Source: an uncultured bacterium
Lineage (GTDB): Bacteria > Acidobacteriota > Thermoanaerobaculia > Multivoradales > JAHZIX01
Reading direction: 5' to 3'
Assembly: GCA_965368975.1 (NCBI GenBank)
Contig: CBDUPA010000019.1
Span: forward strand, 32,001 to 96,000
Length of the DNA stretch: 64,000 bases
Below are positions 13,801 through 27,090 of this stretch, piece by piece (positions within the stretch are counted from its first letter, which is position 1; each line of letters starts with the position of its first letter). A program made the translations under genes and the position numbers. The notes below the pieces were generated by a model. It did not search any database. It was not told where the DNA came from and was given only the letters and a program-made list of their open reading frames with translations.

Positions 13801-16800
13801 CAACCAGCGCGATGGCGTCGGGACTCTCGAGTGCGCACGCCTGCAGCTGAGCAGAAACGGTCGGAATGCCGGCATCGGACTCGAAGTACTCCTCGGTGGT
13901 GGCGTTGGGTTGCTCCAGCAGCTGCCGCATCTCGCTGTCGTCGAGCAAGGGCAAGCTGTCGATCGGCGTCTCGGGGGACCGTACGGCGGCTTCTAGCAGG
14001 CGCCGCAGGTGATGCAGCAGACGCTCGGCGGTGTGCGCGTCGAACAGGTCGCTGCTGTACTCCAGACTGCCGACTAACCCGACGTCCGCGTCCGAAACCT
14101 CCCCCATCGACAGGTTGAGATCGAACTTGGCACTACCGCCCGCCGTACCGGCCGGCTCGAGCGTCAGCTCTTCGAGCACCAGCTGTTCGTCCGGCGTGTT
14201 CTGCAACACGAACCACACCTGGAACAGCGGCATGTAGCTCAGGCTGCGCTCCGGCTGCAACTCCTCGACCAGCTTGTCGAACGCCAGATCCTGGTGCGCG
14301 TGACCTTCGAGCGCGACGTCGCGGACACGGCGCAGCAACTCCTCGAATGTCGGCTGCCCCCCGAGGTGGGTGCGCAGCACCAGCGTGTTGATGAAGAAAC
14401 CGATCAGGTTCTCGATCTCCAGCCGGTTGCGGCCGGCCACCGGCGTGCCGACGCACACGTCGCGCTGCCCGGCCCAGCGGCCGAGAACCAGCTGGAAGCC
14501 CGCGAGCAGAACCATGAACAGGGTCGCGCCGCCGCGGTGCCCGAGGCCGCGCAGCGCGTCGGCCGTATCCCGATCGAACACCAGCTCCGCGGTGCCACCT
14601 CGGAAGCTCGGGATCGGCGGCCGCGGCCGGTCAGTCGGTAGTTCTAGCAACGGCGGAGCCCCCGCCAGCTGGCGGCGCCAGTAGGCGAGTTGCCCCTCGA
14701 TCACTTCGCCTTCGAGCCAGCGTCGCTGCCACCAGGCGTAGTCGGCGTACTGCACCGGCAGGGCCGGCAAGCTCGGCTCGCCGCCCTGCACGCCGGCGCG
14801 GTAGAACTCGGCCAGCTCGCGCACCAGCAGACCACCGGACCAGCCGTCACTGACGATGTGGTGCTGGTTGAACACCGCCGTGTGATCGTCGGTGGCGCGG
14901 CGCAGCAGCAGCGCGCGCGACAGCGGTCCCTCGGCCAGACGGAAAGGACGCTGTACTTCGGCGGCGGTCAAGCGCTGTAACACCTCGGTCGCCCGATCCG
15001 TCTGCAGGCCGCTCACTTCCTCTGGATCGTTGACGTCCCGTAAACCGCTGAGATCGACCACCGGCAGCGGCACCGGGGCCGGCGCATGAATATGTTGCAG
15101 CGGTTTGCCGTCGCGGCTCGGGAAGACGGTGCGCAGCACCTCGTGACGAGCCACGATGCCGGTCAAGGCCGCGGCCAGCTTGCCAGCGTGCAGCGGACCG
15201 CGCAGGCGCACGGCGCTGGGGATGTTGTAGAACGGATTCTCGGGCTCCAGCTGGTCGAGGAACCACAGCCGCTGCTGGGCGAAGGAGAGCGGAATCTCCT
15301 CCTCGACACCGGCGTCTACCGTCACCGGTCGCGGCTCGATGTCCGGCAGGGACAGACCGCTCCCCTGCTGGCGCGCCTCCTCGACCACCGCGGCGAGCGC
15401 TGCCGGCGTCGCGGCTTCGAACACCTGGCGCAAGTCCAACTCGACGCTGAGCAAGCGACGGATCTGCGACACCAGGCGCGTGGCCAGTAGCGAGTGACCA
15501 CCGAGCTCGAAGAAGTCCGAGTCACCGGCGACCCGCTCGACGCCCAACAAGCGGCTGAACATGCCGGCCAGCAGTTCTTCCAGCTGGCTGCCCGCAGCCG
15601 TGGCAGCCACGCCGGCGCTGGAGGACTTCCCGCCATACAGCGGTGCCTGCGCCATGTCGGTCAAGGCCCGGCGGTCGACCTTGCCGTTGGGGGTCACGGG
15701 CAATGCCGGCAGCACCAGCACCGCCGACGGCACCATGTACTCGGGCAGTTGCTGACGCAGCGCCCGGCGCAGACGGCTCGGCAGGTCGCCATCGGCGAGG
15801 GCACCGGCATCGCGCGGCTCGACGAAGGCGGCCAACCGGGGCTCGCCGCCCTCGCCGCCGTCCACCACCATCGCGACCGCCGCCCGCACCTCGTCCCGCC
15901 GCTCCATCCAGGCCTCGATCTCGCCCAACTCGATCCGGAAGCCACGGATCTTGACCTGGTGGTCGAGGCGGCCGAGGTAGTCGAGGCGGCCATCGGCCAG
16001 GCGGCGCACCAGGTCACCCGTGCGGTAGAGGCGCCGGCCGGCCTCACCGCCCGACGTGCAGCCATCGGGCACAAAGCGCTCAGCGGTCAGGGCAGGACGG
16101 CCGAGGTAGCCACGGGCCAGCCCCTCGCCGCCGATCAGCAATTCACCGGGCACCTCGAGCGGCACCAGCGCGCCGCGACGGTCGAGCAGGTGGATCTGCG
16201 TCGCCGCCAGGGGTCGACCGATGTCGACCGTCGGGCCGGTGACCCGGCCGAGCGTCGACCAGACGGTGGTCTCGGTCGGTCCGTAGAGGTTCCACAGCGG
16301 CCCGGCCGTCTGCTGCAAGCGCACCGCCAGGGCCGGCGGCAAGGCCTCACCGGTGCTGAAGACACGCGGCCGCGGGCTTGCTGGTGGATGCAGGTCCGAC
16401 GCACCGTCCCAGGCACTCTCGAGCAGCAGACGCCAGGTGACCGGCGTCGCTTGTACCACGTCGGCAGCCGAGGTCTCCAGCCGGCGTCCGAGGCGGGCGC
16501 CATCGGCGGCGACGGCCGTGCTCACCAGGACGCAGCAAGCCCCGCTGACCAGCGGCAAGAACAGCTCGACGACCGCGATGTCGAAGGCCAGGGTGGTCAG
16601 CGCGGTCATGCGCTCCCCGGCCGCCAGACCCGGCAACTCGCGCACCGAGAGCAACAGGTTGGCCAGTGCCCCCTGCGGCACCGCCACGCCCTTCGGACGC
16701 CCCGTGGACCCGGAGGTGTAGAGAATGTAGGCCAGCTGACGCTCGTCGGGAACCTGGGCTGGCGGCACCTCGACGGCGGGTACGCCACTCTGAGAAGCAC

Positions 16801-19800
16801 TAGCCGACCGCTCCAACCAGCTCAGCGCCCCCAGACGCAGAATCGGCAGCGTCGCCGCCCGCTCGCCCAAAGCCTCCAGCACACCCGCGTCCAGGTCCGC
16901 TTCGGTGATCAGCGCGTCCAGGCCGGCATCCCGGGCGACGTACGCCAGGCGCTCGGCCGGATGGCTCGGGTCCAGCGGTACGTAGGCCGCGCCCGCCAGG
17001 TGCACGGCGAGCAACACCGCTGGCAGGTCGGCGCGGCGGCGCAGCAAGACGCCGCACAGGGCCTCGCCCTGGCGCGCTGGGCCGAGCGTTTCCCGCAGCT
17101 GCTGCTGCAACTCGAGTGTCCGCTGCCAGAGCCAGGCGTAGCTCAGGTGGATCGAACCGCTGCTGACAGCGATGGCCTGCGGTCGCGCCTGCACCTGGGC
17201 CGCCACCTGCAGCACCAAGGGAAGCTCGCCAGGGACCCGGGTCGCGAGCAGCGTGGGAGCCGGGCCTTGCTGCTCGTGGAGCAGCGCGTGCCGTTCGGCC
17301 GAGGACAGCAGGTCGAGCGAGCCGACGACCCGCTCACCGATCGACCGCTCCCCGGCCTCCCTGTCGCCCTCCTCGTGCACCGGCGCGACCATCGAGGTCA
17401 GAAGCTGCCCCAGGTGACCGAGCATGCGCTGCACGGAACTACCGTCGAAGCGACCGCGCTGGAAGGCCAGCTTCAGGTGCAGGCGAACACCGGGCGTCGC
17501 CACGACGGTCAAGGGATAGTTGGTCTGTTCCTGGAACTCCATGCCCGCGACGCCGAGGCGGGTGCCGGTTTGCCGTTGCAGCGTCTCGCGCACCGGGTAG
17601 TTCTCGAACGCCATGATGCTCTCGAACAGCTGCGCGCGCGGCGGCAGGTCGCTCCATCCCTGGACCTGCGCCAGTGGACTGTGCTCGTACTGGCGGGCTT
17701 CCGCCTGCCCCTCCTGCAGCTGGCGCAACCAGGGCACCAAGGAACGCTCGGGCGAGGCATCGACGCGCGCCGGCAGCGTGTTGAGAAACAGCCCCAGCAT
17801 GCCGTCGATGCCCTGCAGCGGGGCGGCACGGCCGGAGGTGACGGCACCGAAGACGACGTCCGGCTCGCCGCTGTAGCGCGCCAGCAGCAGGCCCCAGGCC
17901 GCCTGCACCAGGGTGTTGAGCGTGACGCCAGCCTGCCGTGCCAGCTGCTGCAGCTCACCGCTGACCGCCTCCGGCAGCAGCAGCTCGCGCGCGCCGGGAC
18001 CGACGTGCTCGCGATCCGCCGGGGCCTCGGAGGTGATCGCGCGGTCGACCACCAGCGGCGTCGGCGCCCGGAAACCCGCGAGGTAGCGACGCCAGAAGGC
18101 CTCCGCCTCGGCCAGGTCTTGCCCCTGCAACCAGCGGATGTAGTCGCCATAGGGCCGTACCGGTGGCAGCGGCGCCTCGTCGCCCCGCTGCAAGCCGCCG
18201 CCGCGGTAGGCATCGTAGCTTTCCAGCAGCTCCCCCAGCAGCAACGGCAGCGACCAGCCGTCGATCAGCACATGGTGGAAGCTCCAGACAAAGTGGTGCA
18301 GATCCGGGGCGAAGCGCACCAAGGTCAGGCGCAGCGGCGGCGCGGCGGCAACGTCGAAGCCGTACCGGCGGTCGGCATCCAACAAGGCACGCAGGCGCGC
18401 TTGCCGCTCCTCTGGCCGCACCCGCTGCCAGTCGAGCAGGCGCCAGGGGCTCGGAGGATGCTGCCACACGCGTTGCAGCGGTGGCTCGTGCTCGAACAGG
18501 AAGGACGTCCGGAGCACTGAGTGGCGGCGCAGCATGCGCTTCCAGGCGGCCAGGAAGGCCGGCATGTCGAGGGCATCGTCCAGGTGCAGCCCCAACTGCT
18601 CGACGTAGACGCCCGAGTGCGGCTGGTGCAGCGTGTGGAAGAGCATGCCCTGCTGCGCCGGCGCCAGCGGATACAGGTCGACCGGCGGCTCAGCCCCACC
18701 GGGCCGCTGGACGGTGAGCGCGTCGAGGGTCTCCTGGTCGACCTCGGCGAGCGGGAAATCGGACGGCGTCCGGCCGGCGATCCCGGGCGTCGCACAGTGC
18801 TCGATCAGCGCGTCGAGCCGAGCCTCGAAGCTCTCCGCCAGCGCCTCGATGGTCGCCGGGCGATGGCGCCGCTCGCTGTACGTGAAGCGCACGTGCAATC
18901 TCTCGCCGGCCACCTGCGCCGACACTTCGAGCAGGTAGAGCCGCTGCTGGCGCGCATCGCGCATGGGTCCAGACGACTCGGGAGCACCGCGCCAGGGACT
19001 ATCGGCAGCGACCGCGCGGTCGAGCTGACCGAGGTAGTTGAAGACGACCGACGGCCGGGGTAGATCGCGCAGTCCGAGATCGTCGCGCTCGGCGTAGCGC
19101 AAAGCGCCGAAGGCCGCACCGCCGCCCAGGCCTCCGGCCAGCTGTGGTGACGCCGCGGCGCGCACCTGCTCCTTGACGCGCTTGAGCACGCTGCCGAGAT
19201 CCTCCTCGCCGCCTTCCCCAGTCTGCGCAGCCTCCCGTTCTGGCAGCTCCAGCGCTACCGGGTACAGCGCCGTGAACCAGCCGGCGGTACGGCTGGGATC
19301 GAGTTCGTCGGCGACCTCTCCACCGACACTCAAGGCGTCGCGGCCGTGGCCCTCCATCTCGACCAGCAGGCGCGGCCGGCCGGTCCAGGCGCCGACCGCT
19401 TGCAGCAGCGCCGCCAGCAGGACCTCGGGCACGCCAGTGCGGTAGGCCCGCGGCACCTGCTGCAGCAGTGTGCGGGTGCGCTCCGGCGTCAGCGAGATCT
19501 CGACGTCGCGGGCGGCACTCAACAGATCCTTGCCAGCCTTGAAGTCGACCGGAAGCAGGCTCGATGCCGAAGCCAGGCGACGGCGCCAGGCTTCGGCCAG
19601 CTGCACCGCCCGCGGCGCCTGAGCAAAGGTGTCGAGCGCCTCGCCCCAGGCCTGCAGCGTCACCGGCGACGCCATCGGCCGTGGTGATTGGCCGCTCGTC
19701 AGCTGTTCCAGCACGACGGTCAAGTCGTCGAGCAGCACGCGCCAGGTGACGCCGTCGACCACCAGGTGGTGCAAGATCAACAACACGCGGTCGACCTCCG

Positions 19801-22800
19801 GCGAGCCTCCGGGCGGCGTGCTTTCCAAGACGAAGAACAACGCGCGCAGCACGCGGGCCTGCGTCGGATCGAGACTCGCCTGGGCCGCGGCGGCCAAGCG
19901 CTCGTGCTCGGGCTGGCGTGCCCCCTCGATCAGCCGCGACAGGTCGAGCACGGCACCAGCCGGACCGGCCAGGCGTCGTGCCTCGGCCGCGCTCAGGATC
20001 TCCTGCGTCGACTTGGCCGGTGCTTCCAGGTCGACCGAGAAGCGGCTACGCAGCGCGCCATGGTGTCGACGTAGCGTTTCGACCGCGCGGTCGAGCAGCA
20101 CGACCGGCGGCCGCGTGTCGCCGGCTGGACGTAATTGCACCGCCTGGTTGAAGTGCCACCAGCCTTCCAGCCGCTGCTCGAAGAACCAGCGCTGCGCCGG
20201 AGTCAGGGCGGCCGGCCCCTGGTCGGACTGCGCACTTCCGGCTCCGTCGGCGACGCCCGCGACCGCCGCCAGGCCGGCCACCGTCGGCGCCTCGAACAGC
20301 TGTCGTGGCGACAGCGTGATGCCATCGCGGCCGGCGCGCGAGATCACCTGGATGCTCAGGATCGAGTCGCCGCCGAGCTCGAAAAAGTTGTCGTCGACCG
20401 CCACGTCGGAAACGCCGAGCACCTCCTCGAACACCGCCACCAACTTCCGTTCGAGCGGCGTGCCGGGAGCGCGTCGCTCCTGGCTCACGTGGCGCCAGCG
20501 CGGCGCCGGCAGGGCACCGCGGTCGACCTTGCCGTTGGAGCTCAGCGGGAAGCTCTGCAAGTAAACGAAGTGGCTGGGCACCATGTAGCCCGGCAAGTGT
20601 TCGAGCAGCTGGGCGGTCAACTGGGCACTGATCGCGTCCTGCAACTCCTCCGAGTCCCAGCGCACCGTGCTCGACGGCAGCACGTAGCCGACCAGGGTGC
20701 GCGAGCCGGTGTTGTCCTCGCGCACCACGCACACGGCTTCCTCGACCTGCGGATAGCCGAAGAGCACGGCCTCGATCTCGCCCAGTTCGATGCGGAAACC
20801 CCGCACCTTGACCTGGTGGTCGGCACGACCGAGGAACTCGATCAGGCCGTCGTCGCGGAAGCGCCCCAGGTCGCCCGTGCGGTAGAGGCGTTCGCCAGTC
20901 TGGGCATCGTGGCGGAAGGCCGCGCGCGTCTTCTCGTCGTCGGCCCAATAGCCGAGGGCGACGCCGATGCCGCCGATGAACAACAAGCCGGGCAGACCGA
21001 ACGGCCGCGGCTCCAGGTTCTCTTCCAGGATGTGGAAGCTCTGGTTGCGCATCGGCCGGCCATAGGGGATCGACGTCCAGTCCGCCTTGACCTCGCCGAT
21101 CGGATAGCAGATCGACCAGATCGACGCCTCCGTGGCACCCCCACCGCTGTACACCGTACATGCCGGCCACAGCCGGCGGATGCGATCGGGCAGCGACACC
21201 GGCAGCCAGTCACCGCTCATCAGCACACCGCGCAGGTCCGGCGGCGGCGCCACGTCGTGCAGTTCGAGCTGCCCCTCCAGGTACTCGACGTACATCTCCA
21301 TCAGCGCCGGCACCGAGTCCCAGAAGGTGACCCGGTGCTGACGGCACAAGCGCTCCCAGGTCGCCGGATCGCGGCGCGCGGCGATCGGCAGATTGACCAC
21401 CGCGCCGCCGGTCATCAGCAAGCCGAAGATGTCGTAGACGCTCAGATCGAAGGCCAGCGACGAGATGGCCAGCACGCGGGAGTCGGCGTCGATATCGAAG
21501 CGGTCGTTGACGTCGAGCAGCGTGTTGACGGCGCCGCGATGGTCGATCACCACGCCCTTGGGGCGGCCGGTCGAGCCGGAAGTGAAGATGATGTAGGCGA
21601 CGTGGTCCGGCTGGCTCAGCGACGGCAGCGCGGTCGTCTCCTCCTGCCACCAAGCGGGCTCCTCGCCATCGGCGGAGCGATCCAACCACAGTACCGGCGG
21701 GCACGACTCGGGCAGATTGTCGACCAGGGCATGCTGCGCCAGCACGAAGCGCGCATCCTCGACCATGAAGCCCAGGCGCTCGCGCGGATAGGTCGGGTCC
21801 ATCGGGATATAGGCACCCCCAGCCTTGAGGATGCCGTACAGCCCGGTGACGGTGTCAAACGACGGCTCGGTACACAGACCGACCAGCACGCCCGGCCCAA
21901 CGCCCTGCGCGCGCAGCGTGTGCGCCAGCTGGTTGGAGCGTGCGTCGAGTTCACCGTAGGTCCACTCGCGGGCCGCGTCGCCCTCGCCGTCGATCACCGC
22001 CACGCGCTGCGGCGCGGCCGCCGCCTGCGCTTCGAACAGCGCTTGCAGTGACGGCACCTTGGGTGTCTCCCAGGCGGTGTCGTTCCACTCGCGCAACTGG
22101 TGCCGCTCGGCACGGGTGAGCAGCGGCAGGCGCGACAGGGCCGTCCCCGGCGTCTGCACACCGCCCCCGAGCAGCACCTCGAAGTGGCGCAGCAGACGCT
22201 CGGCGGTGGTGGCGTCGAAGATGTCGGAGGCGAACTCCAGGCTGCCGAAGAAACCATCGGCGTCTTCGAGCAGGATCAGGCTGAAGTCGAACTTGGCGGT
22301 GCCATCGGCCAGACCCATGCCGGCGGCGGCCAGGCCACCGGCGGGCGCGCCGTCCTCGATCCCCGCGGTACCCGAGGCCGCCTCGATGCCTTCCTGCATC
22401 TCCAGCGCCAGTTCCTGCGGGATGTTCTGCAACGCCAACAGCGCCTGGAACAGCGGCGAATGGCTGAGACTGCGCTGCGGCGACAGCTCGGCGACCAGCT
22501 TCTCGAACGGCACATCCTGGTACGCGTGCGCATCGAGACTGATCTCGCGCACGCGGCGCACCACCTCGGCGAAGTCCGGGTCGCCGGTCAGCGGCGTGCG
22601 CAACACCAGGGTGTTGATGAAGAAACCGATCAGCGGCTCGATCTCGATACGGTTGCGTCCCGCCACCGGCGTGCCGACGCTGACGTCGGGCTGGCCGGTG
22701 TAGCGACCGAGCAAGGCCTGGAAGGCGGCCATCAGCACCATGAACGGCGTCGCGCCGGAACCGCGTGCCAGCCGGTGCACGCCCTGCGACACCGCCTGCG

Positions 22801-25800
22801 ACATGCGCAGGCTGCGATAGGCCCCCTGGAAGCTCTGCACCGGTGGCCGTGGACGGTCGGTCGGGAACTCGAGCAGCGGCGGTGCGCCCTCCAGATGCTG
22901 GCGCCACCAGCTGAGCTGCGCCTCGAGCAGGTCTCCGGTCAACCAGCGGCGTTGCCAGGCGGCAAAGTCGGCATACTGCACACGCAGAGGCGCCAGGGGC
23001 GAGCGGCGGCCCTGGCGGAAGGCATCGTAGAGCACCCGCACCTCGCGCCGCAGAACCGCCGACGACCAGCCATCGCTGGCGATATGGTGCATGGTCGACA
23101 GGGCAATGTGGCGCCCCTCTGTCTGGCGTAACAAGAGCGCGCGTAGCAGCGGATCACGGCCGAGCACGAAGACGCGCATGCCTTCGCGTCCTGCCAGCCG
23201 CCGTCCCTCGAGATCGCCAGCGGCGGTACCCAGGCCGGCGAGGTCGATCACAGGCATTCGGTAGCGGCGGGGTGGCGGCGCCACGCGCTGCATCGGCTTG
23301 CCGTCGACCTCCGGGTACGTGGTGCGCAGGACCTCGTGGCGGCGGATGATCTCCCCGACCGCGCGCTCCAGCGCCGCCACGTCGAGTTCCTCACCGTCGC
23401 CACCGAGCACGAAGGCATTGCCGATGTTGTACGCGGCGTTGTCGGGCACCAGGTGATCGAGGAACCACAAGCGTTCCTGCGAGAACGACAGCGGCGGTGG
23501 CTCGACCGGCACGCCGTGCTGGCGCGGCAGCGGCTCGATGTCCGGGATCTCGGGCTGGTGACCACCTCGGTGCAACTGCTCGATCAGCCGTCCGAGCGCC
23601 GCCGGGTGCGGCGCCTCGAAGACCCCGCGCACCGGCACCTCGACACCGAAGCTGGCGCGCACGCGCGACACCAGCTGCACCGCCAGCAAGGAGTGGCCGC
23701 CGAGGTCGAAGAAGCTGTCACCGCGACCGGCCTCGGGTACTTGCAGCAGATCCGTGTAGATCTCGATCAGGAGTTCTTCCGTCGCCGTGCGCGCCGGCTC
23801 GGCCCCCGGACGGTGCTCCCAGGCCGGCGCCGGCAAGGCCTTACGGTCGAGCTTGCCGTGCGCCGTACGGGGTAGCACGTCGAGATAGACGAGGGCCGAG
23901 GGCACCATGTAGTCGGGCACGGCCGCTTGCAGGTGGGCGCGCAACTCGGCTTCGCGCGGCGCGGCTTCCGACGCCAACGCCAGGACGTAGGCCACCAAGC
24001 GGGTGACGCCGGTGGGATCTTCGAGCGCCAGCACCACCGCCTGGCGCACCCGTGGATGCGCCGCCAGCGCCGCTTCGATCTCGCCCAGCTCGATGCGCAG
24101 GCCGCGGATCTTGACCTGGTGGTCGCGGCGAGAGAGAAACTCGACCTGCCCGTCCTGGAGGTGGCGCACCAGGTCACCGGTGGCGTAGAGCCGGTCGCCC
24201 GCCGAGGCTGACGACGGATCGGAAAGAACAGAGTCCGGCGGAAACGAATCCGCAGAATACGGATCCGGAAGATACGCCGCCGCCGTCTGGGCCGGACGTC
24301 CCAGGTAGCCACGGGTAACGAAGCTGCCCCCCAGGAACAGCTCGCTGGTGACCCCGGACGGGGCCGGCTGCAACTCGGCATCGAGCACGTAGGCGCGCGC
24401 CCCCACAAGGGGTCGCCCAAGCGACGAGGTGCGCGACGGACCGCTGCCGAGACCTTCATCGACCCGCCGTGCCAGCGCACCGACCGTCGCCTCGGTCGGA
24501 CCGTAGTGGCTGAAGGCCTTGCCTGGGGCCATCCATGCGGCCTGGCGCAAGGCCCAGGCGCGGGTGCTGGCCTCGCCGCCGAAAACGAGCCAAGTGGCCG
24601 GCAGCACGGCGCGCGGGTCAGCACTGCCCTGCAAAGCGGTCAAGTGCGAGGGCGCGATCTTGAGGCCGTCGACCCGGAAGCGCTGCAAGTAGTCCGCGAT
24701 GCCGGCGGCGTCGAGGGCCCGGTCCTCCGACATCGGATGCAGGGTACTGCCCCCCAGCAGGGGCGGATAGAGCGCCGTCTTGCAGGCGTCGACGGTCAGC
24801 GGCTGCACCATCAGCGCGCTACCGCCGGCTGCCGGGCCGAGCAGGCGGAAGATCGCGTCCAGGTACGCGAGGATCTGGCGATGCTCGACGATCACGCCCT
24901 TGGGCACGCCCGTGGAGCCCGAGGTGTAGAGCACGTAGGCGGCAGCCGCGGGGGACGCCGACAGCGTCAGGGGACCGGTCGCGGCCTGGCGCCACGGCCG
25001 TTGCCGCCAGGGCACCGTGGTGTCAACCACGTGGCCCTGGAAGGCCAGCAGCTTCGGTGTCTTGGCGCCGGCCAGCAAGACGCTCGCACCCGCGTCTTCG
25101 AGTACCGCCAGCAGGCGGGCCGGCGGCTGGGTCGGATCGAGCGGCAGGTAGGCGGCACCGGCTTTGAGGGTGGCGAGCACGCCGAGCACCTGCGCGATGC
25201 CGCGGCGCAGCGCCACCGCGACGCGCGGCTCCTCGACGCTGCCGAAGTGGCAGCGCAGGTGGCGCGCCAGACGCTCAGCCTCGGCGTGCAGATAGCCGTA
25301 GCTGAGGAAGTGGCCGACATACCCTCCACCCTGCGGCTCATCCTGCAACACTTCCTCCACAGCCGCGATCGCGTCCGGCGACTCCGCGGCCGTTGCTTCC
25401 AGTCGACCGTGCAGGAAGGCGTCGCGTGCGGCCTCGATACGCCGCGTCGACGCCTGCGCACAACCGCTCCACTCCCACAGCAGCTGGTGCCGTTCGGCGC
25501 TGCTGAGCAGGGGCAAACGCGTCCACGGCAGCGCCGGCGTCGCGGCGGCAGCTTCGAGCAGGCGCCCGTAGGCACCGAGCATGCGGCGGACGGTGGCCCG
25601 ATCGAAGAGGTCGCGATGGAATTCGAAGCTGGCGAACCAGCCTTCGGGGCTGGCGATGAGCGTGACCGTCAGATCGAATTTGGGCACCGGCGGCGGCAGC
25701 TCCATCGGCTCGACCTGCAAGCCCTCGCCTGCTTTCGAACCGGCCGTTCTCGAACCCGCATTCGCACCTTGACCGCCACGGCTCCCAGCCTGACCGCTGC

Positions 25801-27090
25801 TCTCCGCCTGCTGCAGCACGAACAACACCTGGAACAAGGGCGATTGGTCCAGGCGGCGCTCGGGGCGCAGTTCCTCGACCAGCTTCTCAAACGGCAAGTC
25901 GCCGTGTGCCTGGGCATCGACCATCGCCTGGCGCGTACGCGCCAGCAGCGTCCCGAAGCCGGGCTGGGCCGCGGCACTGTCTTCACCGGCACCGTCTTCA
26001 CCGGCACCGTCTTCATTGGCACCGTCTTCATTGGCACCCAGATCGAGGCGCAGTACCAGGGTGTTGACGAAACAGCCGATCAGATTCTCGATCTCTTCGC
26101 GGCTGCGTCCGGCCACGGGTGTACCGATGGCGACGTCACGACTGCCGCACAGCCGGCCGAGCAGCACCAGGACGGCACCGGCGAAGGTCATGAAGTCGGT
26201 CGCCCCGCTCGCCTTGCCGAAGGCCAGAAGCGGGCCGGTGACCGTCGCCGGCAACAATCTCTCGACGCGACCGCCAGCGTCACCGCGACGAGCGCTGCCC
26301 TCGCGTGGATGGTCGACCGGCAGCGCCAGGGGTTCCAGGCCGTCGAGGCGCTGGCGCCAGTAGTCCAGCTGCGCGGCCAGGCGCTCGCCACTCAACCAGC
26401 GACGCTGCCACACCGCATAGTCAGCGTACTGCACCCCCAGCTTGGGCAGCACCTGGCGCGCCTGCTGGCGGTCGGCATAGAAAGCGACCAGCTCACGCAC
26501 CAGCAACTCCATCGACCAGCCATCGCTGACGATGTGATGCTGGGTCAGAAAGAGCGCCGTGCGTGTCCTCTCGGTGGTGTGCTCAGCTGGCGGCAAGCGC
26601 ACCAGGGCGGCGCGTAGAAGGGGGCCTGTCTCGAGATCAAAAGGGCGCAGCGCCTCGCGTGCCGCCAACTCGCGCGCGCAGTGCTGGGCCCGTGCCGCGG
26701 GCAAGTTGCGCAGGTCGACCACCGGCAGCGACCAGCGCGGCGGTGCCTCGCCGACACGCTGGCGTGGCTCGCCCGCCACCTCCACGAAGGTCGTGCGCAG
26801 CGCCTCGTGACGGCGCACCACGGCGAGGAACGCCGCCGCCAGGCGAGCGCTGTCGAGCTGGCCGTCGAGAATCACCGCGGTCGCGACGTTGTAGAGCGGA
26901 TTGCCCGGTAGCAGGCGATCCAGGAACCACAAACGCTGCTGAGCGAACGCCAGGGGCTCTCCCTGCGGATCCGGCTCCCGCGGCAACACGACGTTCTGCT
27001 CGAGGTCCACCCCCTGCCGTCGCAACATCCCCTCGAGCAGGCGCCGCCGCTCCGGCGACAGGCCCGCGATCGTCTTGGCCAGATCGGTCA

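Noticed and set aside
22160-23495. Heterocyclisation (Cy) domain or thiazoline before the Cys-clade A domain
   Set aside because: The active site is HHIASDG with an LSFSQERLWF start (LCL type), not DxxxxD, and there is no oxidase domain.
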